DNA of 63,545 nt, filler included, from Octopus bimaculoides (taxonomy: Eukaryota): the NCBI RefSeq assembly GCF_001194135.2. It is 6 parts of 6 records of this genome, joined end to end, with 100 filler letters (N's around TTAATTAATTAA, not from the genome) between each part and the next. Parts side by side here need not be neighbours in the genome. Positions count along the whole stretch, not along the records: positions 62,413 to 63,545 come from NW_026356512.1; 5 more parts are not named here. One strand, 5' to 3'. Shown in pieces: positions 62,470 through 63,545 of the stretch (the stretch's first letter is position 1; each line of letters starts with the position of its first letter). Under the pieces are notes generated by a model that was not told the DNA's origin, ran no database searches, and saw nothing but the letters and a program-made list of their open reading frames with translations. The position numbers and the translations under genes are program-made.

Positions 62470-63545
62470 TCTTGAATGGTACAACAATGCACTATGATAC
62501 AAAAAAATGGACTATATACCTGTTGTAATTTAGTTATTATTCATAGTCCGATGATATTTCGGAATACAATTCCTTCTTCAGATATTCTTATACGGAGTCG
62601 CTGCGATAATCGGTTTTCCAACGGCTTTTCTTTTTACGGAAGCGTCTCAGCAGTGGTCTCACCAAGCTCCTTCCGGAATCCCTCATGAGGAGTGCGTGAG
62701 GTCGGCTATGTCTCAATCTCGTGTGTGTTGGTACATCTGTAGCGCTGCTTCTAAGTTATGTATTATACGTGCAGCTTCCTTGGTTTTCCTTTTTTTTCTC
62801 TTCTCTTTTTTTTTGTTATAAGCGATAGATGAGCATATCAAAAATGATCCTACATGCATCCAGGTGTAGCTAAATAATATATTGATTACCAACCTATAGC
62901 CTGTTGTTAATTTGGGTCCTAGTCTGTGTATGGGTATAGATTCCTTAATTCTTAAATTACCCAAATTTCTTTCATTGGCCTCAATTGTGACTGTTATGCT
63001 TTTGTCGGTGTTCCGGCATCTGTCTAGATGTTTTCCGAAGGAGGAGGCTCTCGTGTTCAGATGTTCTTTGATGCGGACGTGTAACGGTCTTGTTGCGCTA
63101 CCCACATAGAACTTGTTGCATTTGTTACACTGTATTCTATACACAACAATTACCCGTTGGCATAAATCTGTGTCACGGATGAGACAATTTGTTGATTGTT
63201 GTCCCTTGTTCGTTTCTTTGGGAGGTGTCCTCTTAGAGAGGGGCCGGAGTGGGCTAGTTGTATGTCTAGGCGTTCTCTTCTTATGGCTCTTCGGATGGCT
63301 GTAGTTATCCTCTCGCTAAAATAAGGTATTTTAAGGAAGCATGTGTTACTGGGTTTTCTATGTGTTCGGCGTGTTGGTCGTCTGGGATATTTAAGCCGAT
63401 TTATAATGGATCTATGATACCCATTGGTTTTCAATATATCTAGGAAGCGTGTAGTATGGGTCACCTTGTCCTCCGTTCTGCTGCAGTTGCCTTGAATGCG
63501 TGCAAGTTCATTTCTGGCGTATCCTATTTTGGCACCGAGTGGAAG
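62470..63545 (-). mobile_element. Penelope-like element 3' part (RT thumb, linker, GIY-YIG endonuclease, pLTR)
   Basis: ILKTNGYHRSII..FLKIPYFSER (63150-63464) and YRIQCNKCNKFYVGSATRPLHVRIKEH..NLRIKES (62713-63144), frameshifted. Continues beyond the window. Confidence 0.88.
62547..62588 (-). ncRNA. Candidate minimal hammerhead ribozyme in the pLTR
   Basis: CTGAAGA-A-GGAAT/ATTCC-GAAA-TA-TC: intact core and stem II, loopless palindromic stem III, AUC triplet. Stem I is weak. Confidence 0.5.

Overview
This is AT-rich, repeat-dense animal genomic DNA with scaffold gaps. The repeat families and gap style suggest a cephalopod such as Octopus (inference). It holds one intact host gene on the + strand, about 44.79-54.26 kb: a UBA52/RPL40-type fusion with four coding exons (103+87+103+94 nt, 128 aa) and a probable non-coding first exon starting at a TCT/5'TOP motif. 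The C-terminal 52 aa are a normal ribosomal protein eL40 (45/52 identical to human by hand alignment). The N-terminal 76 aa are NOT ubiquitin: they form a ubiquitin-like domain only 37/76 (49%) identical to ubiquitin, keeping only K11 and K48 and ending LRLPGG instead of LRLRGG. This is the main finding. The rest is a mosaic of decayed mobile elements: Tigger/pogo, mariner, piggyBac-type MITEs, R4/Dong-like retroposons in (CATA)n tracts, RTE LINEs, a Gypsy relic, Helitron-like ends, several tRNA-derived SINE families, and two Penelope-like elements whose terminal repeats carry minimal hammerhead-ribozyme motifs. There are also long fold-back structures, including inside the introns of the fusion gene. 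All alignments, identities and structures were read by eye; no database search or folding program was run, and repeat boundaries are approximate.
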